Assembly: GCA_049325335.1 (NCBI GenBank)
Contig: JBMOMC010000038.1
Span: 1-64,000 of the forward strand
DNA: 64,000 nt
Reading direction: 5' to 3'
Source of the DNA: Nitrospirota bacterium
GTDB taxonomy: Bacteria > Nitrospirota > Nitrospiria > 2-01-FULL-66-17
Within the stretch, counting starts at the first letter, position 1. Every line of letters begins with the position of its first letter. Shown here piece after piece: positions 18,683 through 28,105 of this stretch. The notes under the pieces are model-generated. The model worked only from the letters and a program-made list of their open reading frames with translations, had not been told where the DNA came from and ran no database searches. The translations under genes were made by a program, and so were the position numbers.

Positions 18683-18781
18683 GTAGCCGTGTGCGATGCG
18701 CTCACCCGTTGATTGAATAACCGCGCGTCACGTTGGTATGATGGGTTTCGCGTCGTGCCCGCGTGAACTGAGAGAGTGCAG

Positions 18782-20488
18782 ATGAGCGATCGACGTCCCA
18801 TTCCCCCCGAATCCCGATCTCCGCGGTCTTCCGCGTCCGACGAGTCCCTGTTGGGACTGATCGACCGGTGTCTTGCGTCGTTGCCGGAGAACGATCCGAA
18901 ACAGAAGTGGCTGTACCGCATCCGTCACTTGGTGCTCCAGGACGAGCGCGCGCGGCGCGACGCCGAGACCGAGTCCCAGAAACTCAAAGGTGTGGTCGAG
19001 AAACTCACGGCGCCGGCCAACCGAATCGGCATCGTGGTCGGCGTGCCTGGAGCCGATGTTGTCCGCGTGGTGGTTGGCGGCGCGGAATACTGGGCGGGAG
19101 TTGATCCCCGACTCGCATGCGGCGACATCAAGATCGGGGTGCAGGTCCTGGTCAACGAAGCGTTTGCGGTCATCAAGGTGCTGGGGTACGAGTCCGGCGG
19201 TCCCGCGCTCCGAGTGGTGGACGCGCTCGCGGACGGCCGCATCCGCATCGGGCAGGAGGCGGGCGGGCAGTCGTCGTTCGTGATCCGAAGCGCGGACCTC
19301 GTCGGGGTAGAGATTCACGCCGGGGACGAGGTGCGCGTGGATTCGAGCCATCGCGTGGCCATCGAGCGCCTGGAGACCAAGGGCAGCCGCGACCGCGTGT
19401 TGGACGAGACGCCGGACGTGACGTGGGAGCAGATCGGCGGGCAACGCGAAGCCATTGCCGCGATCCGAAAATCCATCGAAGCGCCGCTCCTGCACGCGGA
19501 CACGTTCGCGCGGTTTCAGTTCTCGCCGCCCAAGGGATTCCTGCTGTTCGGCCCTCCGGGCTGCGGCAAAACCATGATCGGTAAGGCCACGGCTGCGAGC
19601 CTGGCTGCGTCATTGGCCGCCGGCGCGCAAGGCGAGCAAGGCGAGAATGAGAAGGTACGCGGCGCGTTCCTGCACGTGAAAGGTCCCGAGATTCTCAACA
19701 TGTGGCTGGGCGAGTCCGAGCGCCTGGTTCGCGACCTGTTCGCGCAGGCGCGCGCGCGGCGCAAGGCCGGCCTGTTGCCCGTGATCTTTATCGACGAAGC
19801 CGAGTCTATTCTGGGCACGCGGCGATCCGTGCGTGCGCTGAACATCGCCAACACATTGGTTCCCATGTTTTGCGCGGAGATGGACGGGGTCTCGTCGCTG
19901 CGCGACGTGGTGATCATCCTGGCGTCCAACCGGCCCGATTTGATCGACCCCGCGATTCTGCGTCCGGGCCGCATCGATCGCAAGATCAAGGTGACGCGGC
20001 CGGGGCGTGAGGATGCCGCCGAAATTTTCAAGCTCCATCTTGGAACCGTGCCGGTTGATCCCACTCTCGTGAAGGAACATGGCGACGAAGCAACGGCCCG
20101 CACCGCACTCGCAACCGTGGCGACCGACCAGGTGTTTGGGCGCAGCGCAGCGAATCGGGTGCTCGCAGTCCGCCTGCGCAGCGGGCTACGCGAGACCTTA
20201 TATCGCGGCGACGTAGTCAGCGGCGCCATTCTCGCCGCGATCGTCCAGCGCGCCAAGGAACGTGCGATCGAACGCGCCGTGGGCGGGGATCAGACGGCAG
20301 GAGTTGGCGTCGAGGATTTGACCGCAGCGATCGACGCGGAATTTTCTCAGGGCGAGATTTTACCTCCCGACGACACCGCGGATGAGTGGTTGAAATTACT
20401 GGACCATGACCCACAACACGTGGTGGGCGTATCTTCCTTCCGTGCCGGGCGGGAAGGTGCTGAACGCCCCGTGCACGTTATCGTGTAA
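18782..20488 (+). CDS. arc: proteasome-associated AAA ATPase ARC/Mpa
   Basis: Coiled coil plus OB-fold N-terminus; PDVTWEQIGG, Walker A GPPGCGKT, HVKGPEILN, Walker B IFIDEAE, SNRPDLIDPAILRPGRIDRKI. Confidence 0.95.
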   Translation: MSDRRPIPPESRSPRSSASDESLLGLIDRCLASLPENDPKQKWLYRIRHLVLQDERARRDAETESQKLKGVVEKLTAPANRIGIVVGVPGADVVRVVVGGAEYWAGVDPRLACGDIKIGVQVLVNEAFAVIKVLGYESGGPALRVVDALADGRIRIGQEAGGQSSFVIRSADLVGVEIHAGDEVRVDSSHRVAIERLETKGSRDRVLDETPDVTWEQIGGQREAIAAIRKSIEAPLLHADTFARFQFSPPKGFLLFGPPGCGKTMIGKATAASLAASLAAGAQGEQGENEKVRGAFLHVKGPEILNMWLGESERLVRDLFAQARARRKAGLLPVIFIDEAESILGTRRSVRALNIANTLVPMFCAEMDGVSSLRDVVIILASNRPDLIDPAILRPGRIDRKIKVTRPGREDAAEIFKLHLGTVPVDPTLVKEHGDEATARTALATVATDQVFGRSAANRVLAVRLRSGLRETLYRGDVVSGAILAAIVQRAKERAIERAVGGDQTAGVGVEDLTAAIDAEFSQGEILPPDDTADEWLKLLDHDPQHVVGVSSFRAGREGAERPVHVIV

Positions 20489-20495
20489 GAGCCTG

Positions 20496-22061
20496 ATGTC
20501 TTCGTCCTCCAATTCCGACTCTCCCGCCGTTGGCCTGATGGGTATCGAGACCGAGTACGGCGTCACGCGGGACGGGGTGGGGGAGGTGGACCACGTCGTG
20601 GAGTCCATGGAACTGGTGCGGGCCTATTTGGACCGTCCGTTTCGGCGGCAGTGGAATTACCGGGGCGAGAATCCGCACCGCGACGCGCGCGGGTTCAGCG
20701 TGGACCGGTTGGAGCAGGACGCGGAGGAAGACGAGTTCGTGGCGCGCGAGGCGTCGCGCAAGTTTTCGTTCGCGGACATGAAGAGCGACCTGGTTCTGGC
20801 GAACGGCGCGCGGTTTTACAACGACCACACGCATCCCGAGTACTCCACGCCGGAGTGCCGGTCGCTTCGCGATCTGGTGGCGCACGACCGGGCCGGGGAG
20901 TCGATCGTGTGGGAGGCGGTGCGACGCCGCAACCAACGGCTCGAAGCCGCGGGCAAACTCGGCGACGTGTCGGTCTACAAGAACAATACGGATTTTCACG
21001 GCCACAGCTACGGATGCCACGACAACTATCTGATGCCAAGGAGCGTGCCGTTCGAGCGGATCGCGGCCGGGCTGATTCCGTTTTTGATCTCCCGCCAAGT
21101 CTTCGCTGGCGCGGGCAAGGTGGGCGTGGAGTCGGGGAGCAGGCATACGCCCCAGGGCTACCAGCTCTCGCAGCGCGCCGATTTTATGGAGACCGAGTTG
21201 AGCGTGAACACCATGCACAACCGGCCCATCGTGAACACGCGCGACGAACCCCACGCCGACCCGTCGCGATTCCGGCGATTGCACTTGATCCTGGGCGACG
21301 CGAACATGTGTGAGTACGCCACGGCGCTGAAGGTGGGAACCACGCGCGCGGTATTGGAATTGATCGCGCGCCATGCGGCGCCTGACGTGGCAGTCGCAAA
21401 ACCGGTATTCGCGGCCAGGGCCATTTCGCTGGATCCCGAGTTGAAGGCGACGGTCGGGTTGCGTGACGGGCGGCTGATGAGTGGCCTGGAACTCCAACAG
21501 GCGTACCTTGATGCGGCACGACGACATCTCGCGGGCCTTGATCAAGAAACCGATTGGCTACTCGGCGAGTGGGAATCCACCTTGGTTGCGTTGAGCCGCG
21601 ATCGGTCGTCCTTGCGAGGGCGAATTGATTGGATCACTAAGCGGTGGCTGCTGGACACATTCGCCGAAGACGCCCATGTCGCGTGGGATGATCCGTGGCT
21701 GACCAGCCTTGATCTGGCATACCATCATCTGGACCCGGAACGTGGGTTGTTTCGGGGATTGGAAGCGGAAGGTGCGACGGCGAGCGTCGCAACTCTCGAA
21801 TCGGTTGATCGCGCGGTCCGCGAAGCGCCGAGCGACACTCGTGCCGCGATTCGCGGGTTGTGCGTGACGCGGTTCGGGAATGAGGTGGAATCCGTGCAGT
21901 GGGAACGCGTCACCGCGACGGACGGCGCGGTGTTGGATCTGAATGGTCTCGTGGACCCCGACGACGTGGCGCAGATATACGCCGTACTCCGCGAAGCACC
22001 AAGCCTCGCGGATGCAATCCGCGCGGTTCAGCAACCCTTGGCACAACGAGGTCACGCATGA
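20496..22061 (+). CDS. dop: Dop/PafA2 deamidase-deconjugase
   Basis: MGIETEYG, Dop-specific WNYRGENPHRDARGF loop, NGARFYNDHTHPEYSTPEC, YKNNTD..G.SYGCHDNY, NTRDEPHAD. Confidence 0.93.
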   Translation: MSSSSNSDSPAVGLMGIETEYGVTRDGVGEVDHVVESMELVRAYLDRPFRRQWNYRGENPHRDARGFSVDRLEQDAEEDEFVAREASRKFSFADMKSDLVLANGARFYNDHTHPEYSTPECRSLRDLVAHDRAGESIVWEAVRRRNQRLEAAGKLGDVSVYKNNTDFHGHSYGCHDNYLMPRSVPFERIAAGLIPFLISRQVFAGAGKVGVESGSRHTPQGYQLSQRADFMETELSVNTMHNRPIVNTRDEPHADPSRFRRLHLILGDANMCEYATALKVGTTRAVLELIARHAAPDVAVAKPVFAARAISLDPELKATVGLRDGRLMSGLELQQAYLDAARRHLAGLDQETDWLLGEWESTLVALSRDRSSLRGRIDWITKRWLLDTFAEDAHVAWDDPWLTSLDLAYHHLDPERGLFRGLEAEGATASVATLESVDRAVREAPSDTRAAIRGLCVTRFGNEVESVQWERVTATDGAVLDLNGLVDPDDVAQIYAVLREAPSLADAIRAVQQPLAQRGHA

Positions 22062-22240
22062 TGAACATGGATACGGAACGTCGCGAACGGCCGCTGGACC
22101 CGACGCCCAAACCCCGGGAAGAGGAACAGGGGCCAAAGCGTCCTGACGTGGGCTCGCCGGAGCGGGACAATCTAATGAAGCGGATGAGACAAGTCGATCC
22201 CAAACAGGCGGAGCGTTATCGGCAGCGAACCGGCGAGTAG
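22058..22240 (+). CDS. ubact: ubiquitin-like protein UBact (Pup analogue), 60 aa
   Basis: Charged, disordered small protein; LMKRMRQVDPKQAERYRQRTGE C-terminus; located between dop and prcB; GAGG RBS. Confidence 0.95.
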   Translation: MMNMDTERRERPLDPTPKPREEEQGPKRPDVGSPERDNLMKRMRQVDPKQAERYRQRTGE

Positions 22241-22247
22241 TGCTGTT

Positions 22248-22319
22248 TCGTAGGGGCGCACCGCGTGCGCCCGATGTTTGTCCGGACCGAAGGCGGGCGC
22301 ACGCGGTGCGCCCCTACGA
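22248..22319. repeat. GTAG-type REPIN (inverted REP doublet)
   Basis: Perfect 26-bp arms (22248-22273/22294-22319) with a 20-bp spacer; each arm is GTAG plus an internal palindrome GGGCGCAC..GTGCGCCC. Confidence 0.85.
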
Positions 22320-22331
22320 GAAAGGGAATCG

Positions 22332-23108
22332 GTGCGAGGGGATTTTCTCGAAGTGTTGAAGTCGAATGGCTATGCGTGGACGCCGCAAGTGACGGGCGGG
22401 GTGGTCAATCCCGCGGCGATTACGCACGGGACCACGGTGATCGCGATGAAGTATCGCGACGGGGTCATTGTCGCGGGGGATCGGCGGGCGACCGCGGGTA
22501 ATGTGGTGATGCACGATCGGACCGAGAAGGTGCTGGATCTGGATCGGCACAGCGTGCTGGCGATCGCGGGGGTGCCGGCCACCGCGTTTGAGATGGCGCG
22601 GGTGCTCGATCACTCGTTCAAGTACTATCGCCGCAGCCAGCTCCAGGATTTGAGTCTGGAAGGCAAGTTGCGCGCGTTGTCCAAGCTTCTACGTGAAAAC
22701 GTGCCCATGGCGGTGCAGGGCATCGGCGCGGTGGCGCCGATCTTTGCCGGGTACGACCTCGACACCAACGCGGCCAAGATCTTTTTCTACGACATCTTGG
22801 GCGCGGAGTTCGAAGGCGTGGAGTACGCGGTGTCGGGGTCCGGGTCGCCAACGATCCGCGGCATCGTGTATTACCTGCACCGCTGGGGACCGCAACGCGT
22901 GGCTGACCTCGTTGCGAATGACGCGACCGTGTTGGCGCTCCGACTGTTGGATAGCGCCGCGGAGTTCGACTCCGCCACTGGCGGGGTCAAGGGCACGGAC
23001 GGCTTGTATCCCGTGGTGAAATTGATCACGCGAGACGGGATCACGCCGGTACCGGTGGACCATCTCCGTCGGTTGTACGCCGATCAGGTGGAGGCGCGAG
23101 ATGTTTGA
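22332..23108 (+). CDS. prcB: 20S proteasome beta subunit
   Basis: Propeptide ending THG/TT (catalytic Thr1), GDRRATAG, SGSGS, AAEFDSATGG. Confidence 0.95.
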   Translation: MRGDFLEVLKSNGYAWTPQVTGGVVNPAAITHGTTVIAMKYRDGVIVAGDRRATAGNVVMHDRTEKVLDLDRHSVLAIAGVPATAFEMARVLDHSFKYYRRSQLQDLSLEGKLRALSKLLRENVPMAVQGIGAVAPIFAGYDLDTNAAKIFFYDILGAEFEGVEYAVSGSGSPTIRGIVYYLHRWGPQRVADLVANDATVLALRLLDSAAEFDSATGGVKGTDGLYPVVKLITRDGITPVPVDHLRRLYADQVEARDV

Positions 23109-23880
23109 GGAGCCGTACCGCTGGACCGAGGCGGTCGGCAACCGCCGCGCGTACGTTGACGCGCAGTTCGCGCAAGGCAGCCCGGTGGCGGCGTTGTCGT
23201 ACCGCGACGGCGTGGTACTGGCCACGTTTCAACGTGGGATTCCCAAACTCTACGAGGTCTACGACCGCATTGCCTTGGGCGGTCTCGGTCATCCCGCGGA
23301 TCTGGAATCCTTGCGCGCGGCCGCGTTGGACATGGCGCACGTGGAGGGGTTCAATCGCTCGCCGTCGGACGTGACCGCCATGCGCCTGGTCAAGTACGGC
23401 CTCGCGCCCATCGCCAAACGCGCGTACGAGGAATTGTTTCGGGCTCCGCTGCTCGCGCGGGTGCTGTTGGCGCAGGTCGGGGCCACGCGTGCGCAGGATG
23501 TCTTGGTGACATTGGATTATGACGGCGGGTTCGAAACCGTATCGGGGCGCGCGGCCGTGGCGCCCTCGTCCGAAGCGTCCCTGGCCATGCTCGCCCGGTT
23601 GGACGCGGCCGGGCCGTGGGACGACGCGCCGCTCGCGCAGGCGTTGCCCGCCGCGCTGCGAGCCTGGGCCGTGGGGGACCTCGCGCAGTCCTCGGACGTT
23701 GCCGCGCCCGCTCCGGACGATGCGCGGCTGACCGAACACCTCAAGGCGTGCTGCGCGGACCGGCGGATCGAAGTCGCGGTGCTGGATCGCGCGCTGCCGG
23801 GAAGTTCCAAGTACCGGGCGCTCTCGCCGGACGAAGTCTCGCAGACACTCGTTCCTTGGCTGGGCGAGGCGGCGCGTTAG
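23101..23880 (+). CDS. prcA: 20S proteasome alpha subunit
   Basis: KLYEVYDRIA..G.G..ADLE.LR, IEVAVLDR; overlaps prcB. Confidence 0.92.
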   Translation: MFEEPYRWTEAVGNRRAYVDAQFAQGSPVAALSYRDGVVLATFQRGIPKLYEVYDRIALGGLGHPADLESLRAAALDMAHVEGFNRSPSDVTAMRLVKYGLAPIAKRAYEELFRAPLLARVLLAQVGATRAQDVLVTLDYDGGFETVSGRAAVAPSSEASLAMLARLDAAGPWDDAPLAQALPAALRAWAVGDLAQSSDVAAPAPDDARLTEHLKACCADRRIEVAVLDRALPGSSKYRALSPDEVSQTLVPWLGEAAR

Positions 23881-23892
23881 CGCCGGCGTCCC

Positions 23893-25302
23893 GTGCTCGA
23901 CCGCATCGTCGGCGTTGAAACCGAGTACGGCGTTCTGGCGCACGCCGACAACCGGTTTCGCGCGCCCGAACGCATCGCCCACCGCGTGCGCGACGTGGTG
24001 TTTCACGAACAGCGGCGCGGGGTGATCGACCTTCACCACCGCGATTACGACGAACCCGTGGGCAACGGCGGGTTCCTGCTCAACGCGGGCCGGCTGTACG
24101 TGGACATGGGGCACATCGAGTACGCGAGCCCGGAGTGCGCCACGCTCGCGGACGCGGTGGCGTACGAACGTGCGGGCGATCTGATCGTGCAGCGCGCGTT
24201 GGAGGCCGCGGGTTTGGCCGACGAGGCGTCGATGATCAAGAACAACATCGACCACGAAACCGACGCCACGTTCGGGTCTCACGAAAACTACCTGGTGCGC
24301 CGGTCATTCCCGTTCACGCGGGAAGGGCTCAATCGCCTGGTGCCGTTTTTGGTCACGCGCCAGATTTTCGCCGGGGCTGGACGGGTCGGGGCCGCGCGCT
24401 CCGCATCGGGGCTGGTGCGAATCGGCGAAGACGCGGAGCGGCCCGACGTGGATTTTCAGATCGCGCAGCGGTCCGACCATATCGTCAATGAGTTTTTCCA
24501 GTGGGTGCAGGGCAATCGGGCGATTGTGAACACGCGCGACGAGCCGCTCGCGGACCCCGAGAAATATCGACGCATTCATTTGCTGCTGGGCGATTCGAAC
24601 CTGTGCGAGGTCGCCATGGCGCTCAAGATTGGCACGACCTCGCTGGTATTGCGGTTGATCGAGGATCACGCGTGTCCGGACGACCTGGCGTTGACCGACG
24701 CGGTGGACGCGCTGCACGCGATCTCGCGCGATCCCGAGCGGCGATGGCTGGTGGAGTTGGAGGACGGACGCACCATGTCCGCGATCGACGTGCAGGAGCG
24801 GTACGCGGAGGCTGCGCGGGCGCGGTATTTCGGGCGGGACGAGGAAATGGATTGGGTGCTCGATGAGTGGGAGCGCGTGCTGGTTGATCTGCGCGGCGAC
24901 TACGACGCGCTGGTTGGGCGGGTGGATTGGGCGTCCAAACTCTGGCTCTTAGAACACTTCCGGCGCGCGGAAGGACTCCACTGGCACGACCGGTGGATCA
25001 AGAGTCTGGATCTGGCGTACCACAACCTTGAGCCGTCGCGCGGACTGTATTTTGCGTTGGCGGACGAGGGGCGGGTGCGTCGGTACGTCACGGACGAAGC
25101 GGCAGACCTGGCCGCGGACAACCCCCCGCGGAACACGCGCGCGTTCGGCCGGGGCGAAGCCATTCGCCGGATGATGGCCGGCGACGCGCGCTACGTCATC
25201 ACCTGGTCGGGCCTGATGGTCGAGGGCAAGCCGCCGTTGCGAATGCCGGATCCGTTCAAGACGTATACGGACGCGGTCGCCGCCCAACTCGGCGCGGCCT
25301 GA
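23893..25302 (+). CDS. pafA: Pup/UBact--protein ligase PafA
   Basis: RIVGVETEYG, FLLNAGRLYVDMGHIEYASPEC, KNN.D, HENYL, NTRDEPLAD, DLAYH, C-terminal DPF. Confidence 0.93.
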   Translation: MLDRIVGVETEYGVLAHADNRFRAPERIAHRVRDVVFHEQRRGVIDLHHRDYDEPVGNGGFLLNAGRLYVDMGHIEYASPECATLADAVAYERAGDLIVQRALEAAGLADEASMIKNNIDHETDATFGSHENYLVRRSFPFTREGLNRLVPFLVTRQIFAGAGRVGAARSASGLVRIGEDAERPDVDFQIAQRSDHIVNEFFQWVQGNRAIVNTRDEPLADPEKYRRIHLLLGDSNLCEVAMALKIGTTSLVLRLIEDHACPDDLALTDAVDALHAISRDPERRWLVELEDGRTMSAIDVQERYAEAARARYFGRDEEMDWVLDEWERVLVDLRGDYDALVGRVDWASKLWLLEHFRRAEGLHWHDRWIKSLDLAYHNLEPSRGLYFALADEGRVRRYVTDEAADLAADNPPRNTRAFGRGEAIRRMMAGDARYVITWSGLMVEGKPPLRMPDPFKTYTDAVAAQLGAA

Positions 25303-25308
25303 CGGCAG

Positions 25309-25429
25309 CAGGTTGCTGAAAAAGTCCGTCTGCTGCGTTCTCGTTCGTCGGAACTCCTCGCGTACGACTCAGTACGCTCCGGGTTCCTCCTCACTGCAGC
25401 CTTGCGGCCGGAGCTTTTTGAGCAGCCTG
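25309..25429. mobile_element. MITE-like element
   Basis: Terminal inverted repeats CAGGTTGCTGAAAAAG / CTTTTTGAGCAGCCTG (14/16); internal stem-loop core shared with the element at 16708-16877. Confidence 0.65.
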
Positions 25430-25444
25430 TTAGAACCTAGGATA

Positions 25445-26095
25445 TTAGAACCGGTAGCCTACGGACATTCCGATCCCTGGATACGCCCCCCGCATGCGCG
25501 AGTAGATCAGTTCCCAGTGCAGGGCCTTGGGGCGATCGAGGCGAGTGACGCGGCCCACGCTCAAGGCGTAGTAGTTGCGAGAGGCTAAGGTGTCGTCTCC
25601 TGATTGGCCGTGCAGGTCAAATCCCAGCCGTCCGGCGACGAACATATCGGGAAATCGTTTCACCGGACGCGATTCGACGGCCCAGTACACGGGAAGAAAA
25701 CTGAAGGCGTTTGAGTCGGCCTGAGATTGAAAAAGGTCTAGGTCGATTCCCGGGCCGCCAAGGAGGTCGTAGGGCAACGGCGCGCGCATCTCGGCAGAAA
25801 CCCCGACCCCGATCCGCGATCGGTCTCCACGCCGGTAAGCGATCGTCGAACGCACTACATACTCGCGTTGTTCGATCGTGAGGCTGGTTGGGGTTCCCGG
25901 CGCGGTTTGGGGGCTGGTGGCAGGCTGCGTGGGCGGACTTGCCGTAGGGGCCGGACTCGGCGTCGTCGCCGGCGGCGGTGTCTGGGGTTCCGCGGCCCAT
26001 CCCGCTGCGGCGAGGATCCATACGCTGAAAGTCAGGGATGCGGCGGTTGAGAGGGAGGACCGCGTGATGACACACCCGCGATTTGTCCAGTGCAT
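25445..26095 (-). CDS. putative secreted/outer-membrane beta-barrel protein (start uncertain)
   Basis: Signal-like segment (FSVWILAAAGWA), P/T-rich linker, amphipathic beta strands, C-terminal MSVGYRF. Confidence 0.6.
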   Translation of the reverse strand: MHWTNRGCVITRSSLSTAASLTFSVWILAAAGWAAEPQTPPPATTPSPAPTASPPTQPATSPQTAPGTPTSLTIEQREYVVRSTIAYRRGDRSRIGVGVSAEMRAPLPYDLLGGPGIDLDLFQSQADSNAFSFLPVYWAVESRPVKRFPDMFVAGRLGFDLHGQSGDDTLASRNYYALSVGRVTRLDRPKALHWELIYSRMRGAYPGIGMSVGYRF

Positions 26096-26236
26096 TGAGC
26101 CGATAACGGTTCCTGTGTCGGTCACGAACAATACGAGCGAAGGCCCTCCTGCTTGGACATCGAGCCCCGCGAAAATCATCCCAGACTAGCACAGTTGATG
26201 GCGTGTTGGATAGGTGCCCTCTCGGCGTGTTCGTCC

Positions 26237-26265
26237 TTGAGGACGCGCAGCTCCGGTGTTATAAT
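26237..26265 (+). promoter_or_regulatory. sigma70-type promoter with extended -10
   Basis: TTGAGG-N17-TATAAT with TGn, ~30 bp upstream of the ATG at 26298. Confidence 0.6.
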
Positions 26266-26297
26266 CGCGCGCTTTCGACGGTTGATCATCCCTGGAA

Positions 26298-27143
26298 ATG
26301 GATACGATACGCCTGTCTTCTCAGCGATGGAACGGCGCTCGCGGGCCGCGACGGATCGTGTGCCTCACGCCGGAAAGCGCGGACATTCTGTACGCGCTTG
26401 GCGCGGGGGAGCGCGTGGTCGGCGTCAGCGGGTACACCGTGACGCCGCCGGAGGCTCGCCGAAAACCCAAAGTGGGGGCGTATACCACGGTGGATATTGA
26501 TCGGGTGACGGCGCTCGAACCGGATCTGGTGGTCGCGTATTCGGATTTGCAGGCCGACGTCACCGCGGCGCTGACCAGGCGCGGCGCGACCGTGTTGCAC
26601 CTGAACCAACGCACGTTCGACGGCTTGTGCCATGCCGTGGAACTGCTGGGAGGCGTGGTCGGGGAACCGGACGCCGCCGTCGAATTGATCGGTCGCATCC
26701 GCGGCGAGTGCGCGTCGGCCAGCCGGGCCGCGCGGTCGTTGCCGCGACGGCCGAGAGTGTACTTTGAGGAGTGGGACGATCCCTTGATTTCCGGTATTGG
26801 GTGGGTCAGCGAAGCGGTGGCCATCGCGGGCGGCGACGACGTGTTCGCGGATCTGAATCGCTCCGGCGCTGCGCGCGAGCGGGTGGTGTCCGCGGATGAG
26901 GTGCGCCGCCGCGACCCGGACATCGTGTTCGCGTCATGGTGCGGCAAAAAAGTCCGGACCGAACGGATCGCGGCGCGGCCGGGCTGGCAAGACATCGCGG
27001 CGATTCGCGACGGACACGTCTACGAGATCAAGTCCGCGTATATTCTTCAGCCGGGTCCCAGCGTGTTGACCGGGGTGCGCCAGATGGCGGATCGCATCGC
27101 GGCGTGGTCGACCGGCGCTCCGGGAGCGGCGCGTCCCTCGTGA
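26298..27143 (+). CDS. BtuF-like cobalamin/Fe-complex binding protein (no signal peptide)
   Basis: PRRIVCLTPE...GERVVGVSGY..P...KPKV, VYFEEWDDP, PDIVFASWCGKK, ILQPGP. Confidence 0.88.
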   Translation: MDTIRLSSQRWNGARGPRRIVCLTPESADILYALGAGERVVGVSGYTVTPPEARRKPKVGAYTTVDIDRVTALEPDLVVAYSDLQADVTAALTRRGATVLHLNQRTFDGLCHAVELLGGVVGEPDAAVELIGRIRGECASASRAARSLPRRPRVYFEEWDDPLISGIGWVSEAVAIAGGDDVFADLNRSGAARERVVSADEVRRRDPDIVFASWCGKKVRTERIAARPGWQDIAAIRDGHVYEIKSAYILQPGPSVLTGVRQMADRIAAWSTGAPGAARPS

Positions 27144-28102
27144 GCCGGTCCGCGATCATCACCGCCTCAGGACTCGTCAAGCGGTTCGGCAAAACCGCGG
27201 CGGTGGACGGCCTGTCCCTCGAAATGTACGAGGGCGAGGTCTTCGGCCTACTCGGTCCCAACGGCGCGGGCAAAACCACCACGATGCGCATGCTCATTAC
27301 GTTGCTCCGGCCCGATGCCGGCGAGATCGTGGTGGGCGGGTGCCGGGTGCGGGATGAGGCGGAGCGCGTACGGAGTCTGATCGGCTATATTCCGCAGGAG
27401 CGCGCCATCGATCGCGCGCTCACGGGGCGCGAGCACCTCGCGTTGTTCGCGGATTTGTACCACCTGCCAAAAGCCGAAGGCCGCGAACGGTCCCGATGGG
27501 CGTTGAAGATGGTGGACCTGGAGGACCGCGCGGACGAGGTGGTCATGAATTACTCCGGTGGGATGAAGAAACGCCTGGAGATCGCGTGCGGGTTGATCCA
27601 TCGTCCCAAGATTCTGTTCCTGGACGAGCCCACCTTAGGGCTCGACGTGGAGAGTCGGACCTTGATCTGGCGGCATATCCGCGAGCTCAAATCACAGGGC
27701 ATGACCATGGTGATGAGCACGAATTACTTGGATGAGGCGGATCAGTTGTGCGACCGCATCGCGATCATCGCGCAGGGCAAGTTGGCTGCGCTGGGAACCC
27801 CGCGCCAACTCAAAGAGAGCCTGCAGGGCGATGTGTTGTCGCTCACGCCCGAAGGGGCGGACACGGCGTCGCTCGAACGCCTGGCGATCGCGCTCAAAGG
27901 GTTGGAGGGCGTGGTGAACGTGGTGCGCCGCGAAGGCTCGCTCGAACTTCGGGTCACGCCGTCTCGCGCGATTCTCAACCGTGTGTTGGATGCGGTGGCC
28001 ACGCAGGGTGCTCGCTTGGAGGCCATTCAGTACACGAGGCCGAGCCTGGAGAAGGTGTTTATCCACTACACGGGGCGGCAGATCAAGGACGAGTGGGCGT
28101 AG
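27140..28102 (+). CDS. ABC-2 type transporter ATP-binding protein (DrrA-like)
   Basis: GPNGAGKTT, YSGGMKKRL, LFLDEPTLGLD. Confidence 0.95.
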   Translation: MSRSAIITASGLVKRFGKTAAVDGLSLEMYEGEVFGLLGPNGAGKTTTMRMLITLLRPDAGEIVVGGCRVRDEAERVRSLIGYIPQERAIDRALTGREHLALFADLYHLPKAEGRERSRWALKMVDLEDRADEVVMNYSGGMKKRLEIACGLIHRPKILFLDEPTLGLDVESRTLIWRHIRELKSQGMTMVMSTNYLDEADQLCDRIAIIAQGKLAALGTPRQLKESLQGDVLSLTPEGADTASLERLAIALKGLEGVVNVVRREGSLELRVTPSRAILNRVLDAVATQGARLEAIQYTRPSLEKVFIHYTGRQIKDEWA

Positions 28103-28105
28103 TAA

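Noticed and set aside
22058..22240. Actinobacterial Pup
   Set aside because: The C-terminus is RTGE, not GG[Q/E], and the sequence fits UBact.
26180..26297. Cobalamin riboswitch before the BtuF-like gene
   Set aside because: The predicted promoter leaves only a ~25-nt leader and no B12-box is recognisable.
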